A stretch of DNA of 64,000 bases from an uncultured Planctomycetaceae bacterium (GTDB taxonomy: Bacteria; Planctomycetota; Planctomycetia; Pirellulales; PALSA-1355): positions 512,001 through 576,000 of the forward strand of contig CAWAUV010000005.1 of assembly GCA_963785305.1 (NCBI GenBank). Direction: 5' to 3'. The position numbers were made by a program, and so were the translations under genes. Under the pieces are notes generated by a model. The model was not told where the DNA came from and made no database searches. It saw only the letters and a list, made by a program, of their open reading frames with translations. Shown in pieces: positions 9,562 to 19,681 of the stretch (position 1 is its first letter; the number at the start of each line of letters is the position of its first letter).

Positions 9562-10440
9562 ATGTACGGCGCCGTCGAACCGATCGTCGTGGAAAGTCAT
9601 ACGTCTACCGCGCTGGTATGCGATATTCTCGACGTCTCACGCAGCGCGTATTACGCCTGGCGCGGCGCCGAACCATCGACGCGTGAACAGCGCGACGCGG
9701 AACTGGCGCCGCGGGTGCGTGAAATCTTCTGGAAGCATCGACGACGCTACGGCGCCCGACGAATCGCCTGGGAGTTGACCGAGGCGGGCCACGCGTGCAG
9801 CCCCCGAAAAGCCGCGGAAATCATGCGAAATCAGGGCCTGAAAGCGATTCAGCCGAAGTCGTTCAAGCCGCGCACCACCGACAGTCGCCATCGCCTGGGC
9901 TACAGCCCGAACCTGTTGCTGGAGGAACCCGAGACCACGCGGACCAATCAACTTTGGGTCGGCGACATCACGTACATTCCGCTCGCCGATCGATCGTTCT
10001 GTTATCTGGCGATGCTGATGGATCGCCACTCGCGGTTGCTCATCGGTTGGGACTTGGACGCATCGATGACCGACGCGCTGACCGCTCGCGCGCTCACGCA
10101 AGCCGTGCGTCGACGCCAGCCTTCGGCGAGCCTGATTCATCACACCGACCGTGGAGGTCAATACGCGAGCCATCGTTACCGCGACATCCTCCGCCGCGCC
10201 GGCTTCCGCCAGAGCATGAGCCGCGCCGACAACTGCTACGACAATGCATTCATCGAATCGTGCTTCGGAACCATCAAGACCGAACTGGAAATGACCGAAT
10301 ATCAAAACGAGCGCGTCGCCGCGGGCGAGATCGCCGAGTTCGTGCGCTACTACAACCACGAACGCCGCCACTCCTCCTTGGGCTACCGCACGCCCTTTGA
10401 ATTCGAGCGACAACTGAACAACCAAACACCGACGCCTTAG
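9562..10440 (+). CDS. IS3 transposase OrfB (DDE)
   Basis: YGARRI, WVGDITYI, HHTDRGGQY, DNAFIES, YYNHERRHSSLGY. Confidence 0.95.
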   Translation: MYGAVEPIVVESHTSTALVCDILDVSRSAYYAWRGAEPSTREQRDAELAPRVREIFWKHRRRYGARRIAWELTEAGHACSPRKAAEIMRNQGLKAIQPKSFKPRTTDSRHRLGYSPNLLLEEPETTRTNQLWVGDITYIPLADRSFCYLAMLMDRHSRLLIGWDLDASMTDALTARALTQAVRRRQPSASLIHHTDRGGQYASHRYRDILRRAGFRQSMSRADNCYDNAFIESCFGTIKTELEMTEYQNERVAAGEIAEFVRYYNHERRHSSLGYRTPFEFERQLNNQTPTP

Positions 10441-10474
10441 GGAATCGCCTGTCCGTCAAATCGTCAGCACCTCA

Positions 10475-10819
10475 TTGCTTGGGCTGCAAATGCAGAGCGT
10501 TGATGCCTTCAACGAGGAGAGGATGAAAGCGCAGCAGGAAGCTTTCAAGGATAACAAGGCAGTTCAGCAATTCTGGCTCGATGCATATTCGGCGGATCAT
10601 GGGATCGCAGCCATTTCATCCGTGATCGAGTCACACGCTCCGACGCACAACGTTCTCATGGCTTCGATGGGCCCGAAACTATCGGCCGTGGCGCTTTATC
10701 AATTGCACAGGCGGAATGATGCTTTGGGGCTCGTCTACCTGCCGTCACGCGATTTCAACCCGGATTACTCCCACGGCATCGGCGAAAGCATTTGGGGAAC
10801 GCTTACGCCTAACACGTAG
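10475..10819 (+). pseudogene. C-terminal fragment of a hypothetical protein cut by IS3
   Basis: ORF begins exactly at the IS end; NVLMASMGPKLSAVALY...YLPSRDFNPDYSHGIG reads like a globular domain end. Confidence 0.55.
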
Positions 10820-10828
10820 GAAATGCTT

Positions 10829-12750
10829 CTAGTCCTTAAACAAGCGTACGCGGTTGCGTTTTGCGGCGGTTTCGCGTGGCCGGCGGTGCGCGCGGCGTGA
10901 GCGGGCGGCGCCGGCGGGCGCGCTACTCTCGGCGGCGGGTTTTTGTTTGGCATTGGCGGTTGGCTTTCCTGGTTCGGCGTGGCGGCGGACCGGAGCGTCC
11001 GGACTCCGGCTTCAATTGATCGGCGTCAACATCGCAGGCCGTCCAGCCAGCGAAACAACACGACTTGCCAGCGATTCCAACCCAACAAACGATAGATCAA
11101 TCTTCGCCCGCCACGCACGATTTGACATGGCATCCGAATGAAAGCGTTGCGGAATGTCTTGAACTCCATCTTGAGCACCGTCTTCTTTTCCTCGCGCCGC
11201 GCTTCTTGTTCGCGGCCCGGCGGCTCGGGCAAGAGCAAGGCCCACCACGCCTTCAGGTTCCAGGCCAGCGAGACCATCACCATGTAGGCCCAGTTGCTCA
11301 CCAAGTTGTCGACCGGCGCGTGCAAGGCGCGCACCGCGCCTTTAAGCTGCGCGTTCAGGTTCTCTTGATCGCAGCGGTCGTTCGCCTCGAACACCACTTC
11401 GGCCGGCGTGAGCTCGCGATCGTTCGTCAAGTAGAAGAAGTAGCGATAGCTGGAAAACAGCGTCCGCTGACCTTGGTGCTCGTCGATCCACTTGCGCACC
11501 ACCACCAGGCGATACACCTTCTTGCACGCCGTGGGTCGATAATCAAACTCGGCGACCTCTTCGCCCACCAGCCGCAGGTTCTTGAATTCCCGCTCGCGCA
11601 CGATGCCTTCCTTAACATTGGTCGGCCGCGCGCGGTGCTTCGTCTTCACGGCATAACGCGGCGCAGCTCGAGCGGTTGCCAGGACTTGTCCTTCAAGTCG
11701 TCGGCCAAAAGCTGCAATTTCAGCTTGGCGTCCATGCCGAACACGAATCGCACGCGCGGGTCGTCCGTCCAGCGGTCCAGATGCGTCGTCTGCGAGAAGT
11801 CGGTGTCGCCGCGGAGCAACACCTTGCGAAAGCCGCCGGCGAAGCAGACTTCCAGCGCGCGATCGACTTCGGCCGCCGCCCCTTCGTGGCTGGGCCGGTT
11901 GCCCGAGCGGTTGACGATCGAGAACACTTCGCCCGTGTTGGCCAGCGACACGACCAGCGGATGATAGCCCCATTCGCCCTTGTGGGAGATGTCCATGCCC
12001 TCCTTGCACTGGCCGCCGGTGGGCGCGAACACGCCGTCCATGTCGATGCGGGCTTGGGCGAAGAACTCGGCGGGCTGGCGAGCCCAAGCTTTATGTCGTG
12101 TTTCGTGGAAAGCTTCTTGCAGCGCGCGCACGTCGCTCGGCTTGAAACGTCGGCAGAAGTCGCCCGCCGTGGTCGGATCGGGCACGCGCCGGGCGCCGAG
12201 CGCGTCGAGATAGACTTCGTCGTTGCGGCGCAGTTCGAGGTCTTCCAAGCAATCGCCGTCGCACAAGGCGTTGAACGCTAGGTTGAGCACATGATCGCTC
12301 TCATGATATGGCAGATGCACCTTGAGCAGATGCAATCGCCGATCGATCGCTTCGGCCAGCCCCAGTTCTTGGACCAGCAACCGCATCGCGCCCAAGCCGC
12401 CATAAGCCATGCCTTGCGCGCGCTCCGCAAGCTCATACTTGATATTGCCGGGCCGCATGATCGGGCGCTCGCAACCCTCGCAGTTGTGCTTGTCGATGCG
12501 CCGCTCGACCCGCCGCTTGCATGCGGCGAGACGTCGGCGTATCTTGGCCCGTGTTCTTCGGCCCTTGGCCTGCGCCCTCTGACGCTTGGCCCGCGCTCTT
12601 TGGTTCTTGGCTTTCACTCGAAATCCCTCGGTGGCCGTGGTGTTCGTGACTGGCAAAAAACACAGAATACCGCAAATCCGCCGAGGGATTTCGCTTTTTC
12701 CAAAAACCTCCCCGCCCACGCCCTCAAAGGGATACTGGTTTAAGGACTAG
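10829..12750 (-). mobile_element. IS1380-family insertion sequence
   Basis: IRs CTAGTCCTTAAAC (10829-10841) / GTTTAAGGACTAG (12738-12750) flanking an IS1380 transposase. Confidence 0.88.
11026..12617 (-). CDS. IS1380 transposase (frameshift near 11660)
   Basis: LHLLKVHLPYHESDHVLN, PDPTTAGDFCRRF, LRGDTDFS, RCDQENLNAQLK across two frames. Confidence 0.9.
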
Positions 12751-12773
12751 GACAAATCCCTATCGCTGCAAAA

Positions 12774-12824
12774 TGGCCGGTTTTCAAATGCTCAGGAGTG
12801 GCCGGTTTTGAATGCTCGGTGACA
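12774..12824. mobile_element. orphan transposon end (IS21/IS481/Tn7-like ...ACA terminus with tandem transposase-binding repeats)
   Basis: TGGCCGGTTTTCAAATGCTC (12774-12793) and TGGCCGGTTTTGAATGCTC (12799-12817) followed by GGTGACA. Confidence 0.6.
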
Positions 12825-12992
12825 ATGGGTCGATTGTAAGCGATAGCGGGGGAGAATCGAGGCTCGGCGCCCCCCGCGGGTCGGAAGCGCATTCGGTTCC
12901 CGGCTAATTCAAAGGCGTTGTAACTGCTTGGCGGCGGGGCATCGCGCTGGGTAAGATGACGGCTGCGGATGTTTTACCCCTTTCGCCCAGCG

Positions 12993-13645
12993 ATGCCACG
13001 ACATTTCTTGGTCAAGCCTTCCATGATGCACACGAGCGGAGCCACGGCGCGACTCGGCAGCTTGGCGCAAGCGGCGCGGCTCAAGGAGCTCGGCAGCGCG
13101 CGCCGCATGCTCATCGTCGCCGGACTTCTTTCGATCTTGACCGACGGCTTTCGATTCCTTTCGGCCGGAGATCGGGTGCGCGAGGAGTTCGGCCCCAGTT
13201 CAACATGGTCGCCGCGGCCGGCAATCCGCAAGCCATCGAGCGGATCGAGCGCGTGGTGCGGCGTCGGATTCGTACGGCCCGGGCCGCGTCGGCGGTGTTT
13301 GTGCTGATCGGCGGTTTGTTCATTGTTTTGGCGTGCGCCCTGGGCAAGGCGCCGCTCGCGATCACGTCGATCGCGCTGGGGCTCTACGGGGCGACGAGCG
13401 TGGCCGCCCTGGCGCTGGCGCATTTGCATGGCGCGGTACATTTCTCGTATCTGTTCGGCATGAAGGCGGTGGTGGTCGTGGGGCTGGTCGACGCCGTGCG
13501 CACGGCGATCGCCTATCGCCGCGGATCGCGAGCCCAGAGCCTAGCGGGACACGCCAAGCCGGCGCCGCCGGCGAGCTCGCTGGATGCCCCGAATATCGAA
13601 CCCTGGGCAACGCGGATCGATTCCGCGGGCGCCTATCGCATTTGA
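12993..13645 (+). CDS. hypothetical membrane protein (frameshift near 13195)
   Basis: GSLAQAARLKELGSARRMLIVAG N-terminus joins a frame with 3 hydrophobic helices. Confidence 0.6.
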
Positions 13646-13657
13646 AAGCGCCTTTCG

Positions 13658-14670
13658 ATGGATGCGCCGTCGATCCATAGCCGCAGTGGACCGTGGTGGC
13701 CGGTGGCGCTCGCATTGGTTCCGGCGGCCGGCTGCTGGATGCTGGCGATTCACGAACATAGCGAGGCATGGTTCGTCGGCTCGACCGCGCCGGCGCTGGT
13801 GGCCCTGGCGCTCGGGCTCAGCGCGGCTCGGCCGATGGTCATTCGCATTACGGAGGAGGGGCTCGACCTGGTGCTCTCCGACGAAACGATTCCCTATGAA
13901 TCGATCAACGCGCTGGCCGATCAGGATCACGGCGGCAAGCGATTTCGGATCACGCTCTGGGTCGACCATCGGCCGATCGATATTCCCGAACGAATCGATG
14001 TCGCTTCGCGGCTGCTCGAAGATTTTTTGGTGAGCCGGCTCGCGCGAGGGCCGGTCGAGCCACTCGATCCGGCGATGGCCGCGTTTCACGCGGAGCAGCA
14101 GGCCGTGTTTGATGATCACCAAGTGGAATACTTTGCCCGGCGTCCGCGCCGCATGGGCGCCGACCGGCAAATGCTGCTTGTTTCGCTCGCGGTGATTTTG
14201 GCCGGACTGGTTTGGATTTGTTACGGCGCGAGCAATATGAACCTCGCCGGCGAATTCTTCTTGGCCGGCATGCTGCTCGCGATCGCGGGCGCGTTTGCGC
14301 TTGTGCCCACGCTTGCCGGCAGTGGCGATCCGAAATTCGGCGTGTATTCGCGCTCCGCCGAGATGATTCTTTCGCCCGCCGGGTTGGCGCTCCAGCAGAG
14401 CGACCTCAAGGGCGGCTCGGCTGGAACGAAGTCACCGAGATCCGCCATGTGTCGGCGGCCTCGAGTTTCCGGCCGCGCCGGGTCAAGCATCGCCATATTT
14501 TGGTGCGAGTGCCGGGCGCCAAGATTCGGATTTACGACCTCTACGACCGGCCGCTTCACGTGATCCATGAGCGCATGATCGAGCACCACCGGGCAGCGAT
14601 CGCCAACGAACAACGCATGAAAGAGATGGCCGAACCGAGCGACGCCTTGATTTGGGAGGTCAACGGATGA
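13658..14670 (+). CDS. hypothetical membrane protein (frameshift near 14410)
   Basis: Two TM-hairpin + small soluble domain units; shifted-frame stop overlaps the sulfatase ATG. Confidence 0.55.
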
Positions 14671-16103
14671 TGAAAACATCCCGTCCACGCGATTCGTTTT
14701 GGGTTCGTGGGTTTCGGCGCGTCGTCGGCGCGTTGTTCGCCCTGGCTTGGTTCGCGGCATGGGCCTCGGCCTGGGCTACGGCCTGCTGGGCCGAGCACCC
14801 CGCCGCTCGTTCGAAGCCAAACATCGTGCTGCTCCTGGCCGACGATCAGCGGCCCGACACGATCGCCGCTCTGGGTAACCGCCACATCCACACACCCGCG
14901 CTCAACCGGCTGGTCGAGCGCGGCACGACTTTTCGCCAGGCGCATATCATGGGCGGCTTGCAGCCGGCGATCTGCTCGCCGAGCCGGGCCATGCTCATGT
15001 CGGGCCGGTCGCTGTTTCATGTCGATGAAAAGCTCGCGAGCGATCCGCTCTTGCCCGCGGTGCTGGCCGGCAGCGGCTACGAAACTTTTGGAACCGGCAA
15101 ATGGCACAACGGTCCGCCTTCTTATGCGCGGGCCTTCGAACAGGGCGACAATATTTTTTTTGGCGGCATGACCGATCCGCGGAAGGCGCCGCTCTCGCAT
15201 TTCGATCCGTCGGGCAAGTACCCCGCGAAGGAGCGCTTCGTCGGACAAGGCTACGCGACGGAGTTGTTCGCCGACGCCGCGATCGACTTTATCAAGGCCG
15301 AACATCAAAAGCCGTTTTTCTGCTATGTCGCCTTCACCGTGCCACATGATCCGCGAATTCCGCCGGGCGACTATGCGAGCATGTACGCCGCCGAACAGCC
15401 GCCCGCGCCGGAGAACTTTCTGCCAGCGCATCCGTTCGACAATGGCGAGCTCAAGATTCGCGACGAACTTCTCGCGCCCTTTCCGCGCACCGTGGACGAC
15501 ACCCGCCGGCAACTGGCCGAATACTACGGGATGATCTCGCATCTCGACGCGCAAATCGGCCGCATTCTCGCCGCGCTCGACGAAAAAAAGCTCGCCGAGA
15601 ACACGATCATCGTGTTTGCCGCCGACAACGGACTGGCCATCGGCAGTCACGGGCTCTTCGGCAAGCAGAATCTTTATGAACACAGCATGGGCGTGCCGCT
15701 GATCGTGGCCGGGCCGGGCGTGGCCGCGAATCGTCGCTCCGATGCGCTTTGTTATCTCTTCGATCTCTATCCCACGCTGTGTGACTTGGCCGGGGCGACG
15801 GTTCCGGCGGAGGTCGAGGGGCGCAGCCTCGCGCCGATCTTGCGCGGCGAGTCCGGCAGCGGGCGCAAGGAACTATACGCTGCCTACCGCGGCGTCCAGC
15901 GATCGGTGCGGGTGGAGAATCTAAAGTTGATCTGGTATCCGAAGATCGATCGCGTGCAATTGTTCGATCTCGCCGCCGACCCGTTCGAGCGGCATGACTT
16001 GGCAAGCGATCCGGCGCGGAAAGACGATATCCAGCGCATGCGCCGGGCGATGGCCAACGAAGCGCGCACGCTCGACGATCCACTTGTGATCGGTGGTTCG
16101 TGA
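14667..16103 (+). CDS. sulfatase (arylsulfatase A-like)
   Basis: KPNIVLLLADD, CSPSRAMLMSG formylglycine motif, GKWH, DNG...HGLFGKQNLYE. Confidence 0.93.
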   Translation: MMKTSRPRDSFWVRGFRRVVGALFALAWFAAWASAWATACWAEHPAARSKPNIVLLLADDQRPDTIAALGNRHIHTPALNRLVERGTTFRQAHIMGGLQPAICSPSRAMLMSGRSLFHVDEKLASDPLLPAVLAGSGYETFGTGKWHNGPPSYARAFEQGDNIFFGGMTDPRKAPLSHFDPSGKYPAKERFVGQGYATELFADAAIDFIKAEHQKPFFCYVAFTVPHDPRIPPGDYASMYAAEQPPAPENFLPAHPFDNGELKIRDELLAPFPRTVDDTRRQLAEYYGMISHLDAQIGRILAALDEKKLAENTIIVFAADNGLAIGSHGLFGKQNLYEHSMGVPLIVAGPGVAANRRSDALCYLFDLYPTLCDLAGATVPAEVEGRSLAPILRGESGSGRKELYAAYRGVQRSVRVENLKLIWYPKIDRVQLFDLAADPFERHDLASDPARKDDIQRMRRAMANEARTLDDPLVIGGS

Positions 16104-16139
16104 GCCGTGGTTCGTGAACCGTTCGGCCCGAGGGCGCGT

Positions 16140-17222
16140 TCACACCGCCGGCCTCTCGGCGGCTGGCAATGTCCTATGGTCGGGCGACTGCTCGGCGGTT
16201 AGGTCGTCGGCGCGGTTGAACATCCAGTGGTTCACCAGTCCCGCGACCAGATGTTGCACGAGGTTGTAAAGGATGATCGGCAGCAGCACATTCGGATGAT
16301 CGGCCATGGTCATGGAAGCCAACACGAGCCCGGCGCCGTTGTTGTTCATGCCCAGGCCAAACATAAGCGCCACGCGATCGTTTTTTTCACAATGGCGATA
16401 GCGGGCGATCGCCCAGCCGGCGCCAAACGCCACGATGCACAACGAGAGCGTGATCGCCAGCGACACGGCGAGAAAGTCGTAGTCGGGCGAACGGATCGCC
16501 TGCGGCAGCGACACGGCGGCGTTCGCGTAGTTCAAGAACAAGAGAATCGCCGAGTTCGCCAGCCGCAGATTGGCTTTGCTGGCCTTGGCCCGCTGGGCGC
16601 CCATCGCGAGGCGACTCACAATGCCCAGGATCGTCGGCACGATGACCGAGACCGTCAGAAACCAGCCTGTGTCCGAGCCGGCGAGCTCATGCAGGTCTTC
16701 GGAATAGTCGCCGGTGGTGAGAAGCCCCACGGCGTTGAGGGCGACCGGCGTCGTGAGCGGGCTCAGAAACGTCGAGCAAAGCACCAGGCCCAGGCTGAGC
16801 GTCAAATTGCCATTGGCGTTTTGGGACCACGCGGTCGAAGAGCCGGCGATCGGCATCGAGGCCACCAGCGCCAGTCCCACGAGAATGTTTTGCACTTCGT
16901 CGGAGTTGTGCCAGAGCCGCATTATGAGGCTCACCGCGGCGATAAACGCGATGGGCACGAACAAGTTGGCCAATAGCCCCAAGACGAGCGACCACGGATC
17001 GCGTTTGAGTCCGCCGAGCGCCGCGAGTTCAATGCCCATGCCGGCGTTGAACAGCAGAAACCCGAGCATCGCCATCGGCAGACTCACCCGGCCCCACGAC
17101 ATCGATCTCACGGCGAGACCGACGCCGGGAAACACCGCCGCCAAGAGATACGAGCCGATCAACAGCCAAATAAAGTGGGCATGCACCCAGTGCGAGAAGC
17201 GAGCAAACATTGGCGAAGTCAA
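16140..17222 (-). CDS. bile acid:sodium symporter family transporter
   Basis: Multiple TMs; MPIAGSSTAW, GNLTLSL, GLGMNNNG motifs. Confidence 0.88.
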   Translation of the reverse strand: MTSPMFARFSHWVHAHFIWLLIGSYLLAAVFPGVGLAVRSMSWGRVSLPMAMLGFLLFNAGMGIELAALGGLKRDPWSLVLGLLANLFVPIAFIAAVSLIMRLWHNSDEVQNILVGLALVASMPIAGSSTAWSQNANGNLTLSLGLVLCSTFLSPLTTPVALNAVGLLTTGDYSEDLHELAGSDTGWFLTVSVIVPTILGIVSRLAMGAQRAKASKANLRLANSAILLFLNYANAAVSLPQAIRSPDYDFLAVSLAITLSLCIVAFGAGWAIARYRHCEKNDRVALMFGLGMNNNGAGLVLASMTMADHPNVLLPIILYNLVQHLVAGLVNHWMFNRADDLTAEQSPDHRTLPAAERPAV

Positions 17223-17255
17223 CCTCCGTGTGTTCGTGAACCGATCGCCTTTACA

Positions 17256-19280
17256 TCACGGCGATTCCTTAATGCGAATGCGGCGATATTCCATCTGGCC
17301 GCGGTCGGCCTCCAGGCCGATCGGACCGGTCGCCGGGAGATCGGAAAATTTGAGCGGCTCGCCGTTGCAAGTGCAGGTCGCCGAGTTGCCATTCACCACG
17401 ACTTCCACATCGTTCCAATCTTGCGGTTTGTAGTGCTGAAGGTCCTTGTAAGGGCCGGCCACGAGATAATCGCGGCATTGAAGCTGCGGACCGCGAATGA
17501 AGATGCCGCTATCGGCATTGGCGCCCGCGCGAAACTGGAGCTTGAGCACGAAGTCGCGAGGAAACTCGCGCACGGTCCACAACTGGGCCGTCCCCTTGCC
17601 GGGATTGACCACGATGCGCCCGTCGCGGGCCGTATAGCGGCCGTCGCTGGCTTGGGTCTTGCCATCGAGCGCCGGTCCATTCTTATAGTGCCAGCCGGTG
17701 AGATCGGTTCCGTTGAAGAGGAGTTTGAAGCCGGGCTCGAGCGTAAAAGCCGGTTCGGTCTTGAAGGGCGAAGCCGGGAGTCCAGCGGCATTGAACAGGT
17801 TCACATCGGGCGAATTCGTCCAGCCATAGCGCGCCGCCACCGGCGCGGCGACCGACTCGCTCGACACCACCACGGTGTCGCCGTCGATCTTCGCCTGGGC
17901 GTCGACGAATTTGCCATCGGCGCCGGCCACGGCGAAACCCCGTAGCGGGCCGTCTTTGGCCACGAGGCCGCCGCCCAGGTGTTTGAATCGCAGCGTCAGG
18001 CGATTGCCATCGCTACTCATGCCGTCGAGCGTGGGGCCGGAGTATTCGATGTTTTCGCCATAGGCCAGGGCCCGAGCGGCCAAGGCCAGCCGCTCACCAA
18101 CCGGCTGCTTGTTCTTGGGATGAATGTCCGTCGCGGCGCCCACATCGGTCGTCACGGCCATGGCGGTGTTGGGCGTGGTTTCGGTGGTCAGACGCTGCGC
18201 TTCGCGAATTTCGGGCGACTGGCCGTTGTTCGGCGTGATCTGCACGAAGAGAAATGGAAAATCGCCTTGTGCCCAAGCCTTGCGCCACGCGCCGATCATC
18301 GTGGGAAACAGGGTTTCATATTCGCGGCCGCGGCCGGAATTCGATTCGCCCTGATACCAGATCACGCCGCGCATCGCATAGGGCGCCAAGGGGGCGATCG
18401 AGCCGTTGTAGAGACCCGTCGGACGATTATTGCTCTTGCCGGGCTCTTGCGGCGGCTGCGGTTTTCGCGGGTGCTGGGTTCCGGCGGCTTTGGTCTTCGC
18501 AAGGTCGGCTTCGTACTTCGCCAGATGTTCGGCTTCGTGGGCCTTGTAGTGCTCCAATGTCTTCGAATAGTCGGCCACTTGTTTGGCATGCTTGTCGAGG
18601 AGTGGATGGAGCGTGGGATTGTTTTCGATCTCCGCCCGCGGAGTCCAAGCTTCGGCCACGGTGCCGCCGACGGCCGACTTGATCAACCCGACCGGCACGC
18701 CCAACTTCTGCCGCAGGGCCTTGCCAAAGAAATAGGCCACGGCCGAAAAGCCCTGCGCGCTTTCGGGCGAATCCACCGCCCAAGCGCCGCCGATGGTTTC
18801 TTGCGGCTCGTCGACCGCGTGGGCCTGCGCGTTGAAGAGTCGCAATTGAGCATCGCCGGCGGCCGCGATCGTGGCTTCGCCGTTCGAGGCGCCCTTGAGG
18901 CCGAATCCCATGTTCGACTGACCGCTGCACACCCAGACCTCGCCCACGAGAATATCGTCGCGCTTGATCGTCGGGCTGTCGCCGGTTTTAGCGGTGAGCG
19001 ATTGTCCGGTGGCCGAGGCTGGCATTGGGTCGAGCCGCACCATCCAGCGGCCATCTTTATCGGCCACGGCCGACTTGTCTTGCCCGGCGAACTGCACATC
19101 CACCTTGGCGCCCGGCTCCGCATGCCCCCAGATCGGAACCAGCATGTCGCGCTGGAGCACCGCATGGTCGGTGAATGGGCTGGCGAGCGAAAGCGATTGA
19201 GCCGCCTGGAGCGTTCCGGAAAGCAGACCGAAGAAGGCCAGCGTCGCGGCCAAGGTCGAAGCGAGCAGCGGGGTTTTCAT
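17256..19280 (-). CDS. sialate O-acetylesterase with C-terminal DUF1080 domain
   Basis: Signal peptide, GEVWVCSGQSNM, WYQGESN, DIHPKNK; C-terminal LFNGTDLTGW...DSGIFIR...MEYRRIRIKE. Confidence 0.88.
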   Translation of the reverse strand: MKTPLLASTLAATLAFFGLLSGTLQAAQSLSLASPFTDHAVLQRDMLVPIWGHAEPGAKVDVQFAGQDKSAVADKDGRWMVRLDPMPASATGQSLTAKTGDSPTIKRDDILVGEVWVCSGQSNMGFGLKGASNGEATIAAAGDAQLRLFNAQAHAVDEPQETIGGAWAVDSPESAQGFSAVAYFFGKALRQKLGVPVGLIKSAVGGTVAEAWTPRAEIENNPTLHPLLDKHAKQVADYSKTLEHYKAHEAEHLAKYEADLAKTKAAGTQHPRKPQPPQEPGKSNNRPTGLYNGSIAPLAPYAMRGVIWYQGESNSGRGREYETLFPTMIGAWRKAWAQGDFPFLFVQITPNNGQSPEIREAQRLTTETTPNTAMAVTTDVGAATDIHPKNKQPVGERLALAARALAYGENIEYSGPTLDGMSSDGNRLTLRFKHLGGGLVAKDGPLRGFAVAGADGKFVDAQAKIDGDTVVVSSESVAAPVAARYGWTNSPDVNLFNAAGLPASPFKTEPAFTLEPGFKLLFNGTDLTGWHYKNGPALDGKTQASDGRYTARDGRIVVNPGKGTAQLWTVREFPRDFVLKLQFRAGANADSGIFIRGPQLQCRDYLVAGPYKDLQHYKPQDWNDVEVVVNGNSATCTCNGEPLKFSDLPATGPIGLEADRGQMEYRRIRIKESP

Positions 19281-19433
19281 GGGATCTTCGCGTCCTGATC
19301 ATTGGGGGTGGGGGATCGAACCACGCAAGCGACGCGAGCCCATTGCGCCGCACGCATGATAATCCACTGCCAGACGCTTCAATACAAGCGTCTTCTCAAA
19401 AAAGGGCTCGCCCCCCGCCGGCGCCGTTTCCAG

Positions 19434-19616
19434 TCACGCGGCGCTCGAAGTCGGGACGGCATTTTCATCGTTCGCCCGGGGCGGCAAATATTTGCGCACC
19501 GTGCGCGAGCTGATGCGAAGTTCGCGCACGATGGCCTCCTGCGAAAGCCCGACCTTCCGTAGCCGCGAGATTTGTTCGATCGTCGCCAAGTCGACCCGTT
19601 GTCCGCGAATACCCAT
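19434..19616 (-). CDS. small HTH protein (60 aa)
   Basis: AAGGAG SD; ISRLRKVGLSQEAIVRELRISSRTVRKYL helix-turn-helix. Confidence 0.75.
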   Translation of the reverse strand: MGIRGQRVDLATIEQISRLRKVGLSQEAIVRELRISSRTVRKYLPPRANDENAVPTSSAA

Positions 19617-19681
19617 GAATCGCTCCTTGAAAATGCAATCGCCCCAAAATACAAATCGCAATCGACGCCGCGCCGCCACTT

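Larger units (their letters stand above)
9166..10474 (+). mobile_element. complete IS3-family insertion sequence
   Basis: Perfect 29-bp IRs TGAGGTGCTGACGATTTGACGGACAGGCG (9166-9194 / 10446-10474), TG...CA ends, flanking TTG 3-bp repeat, orfA/orfB. Confidence 0.95.
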
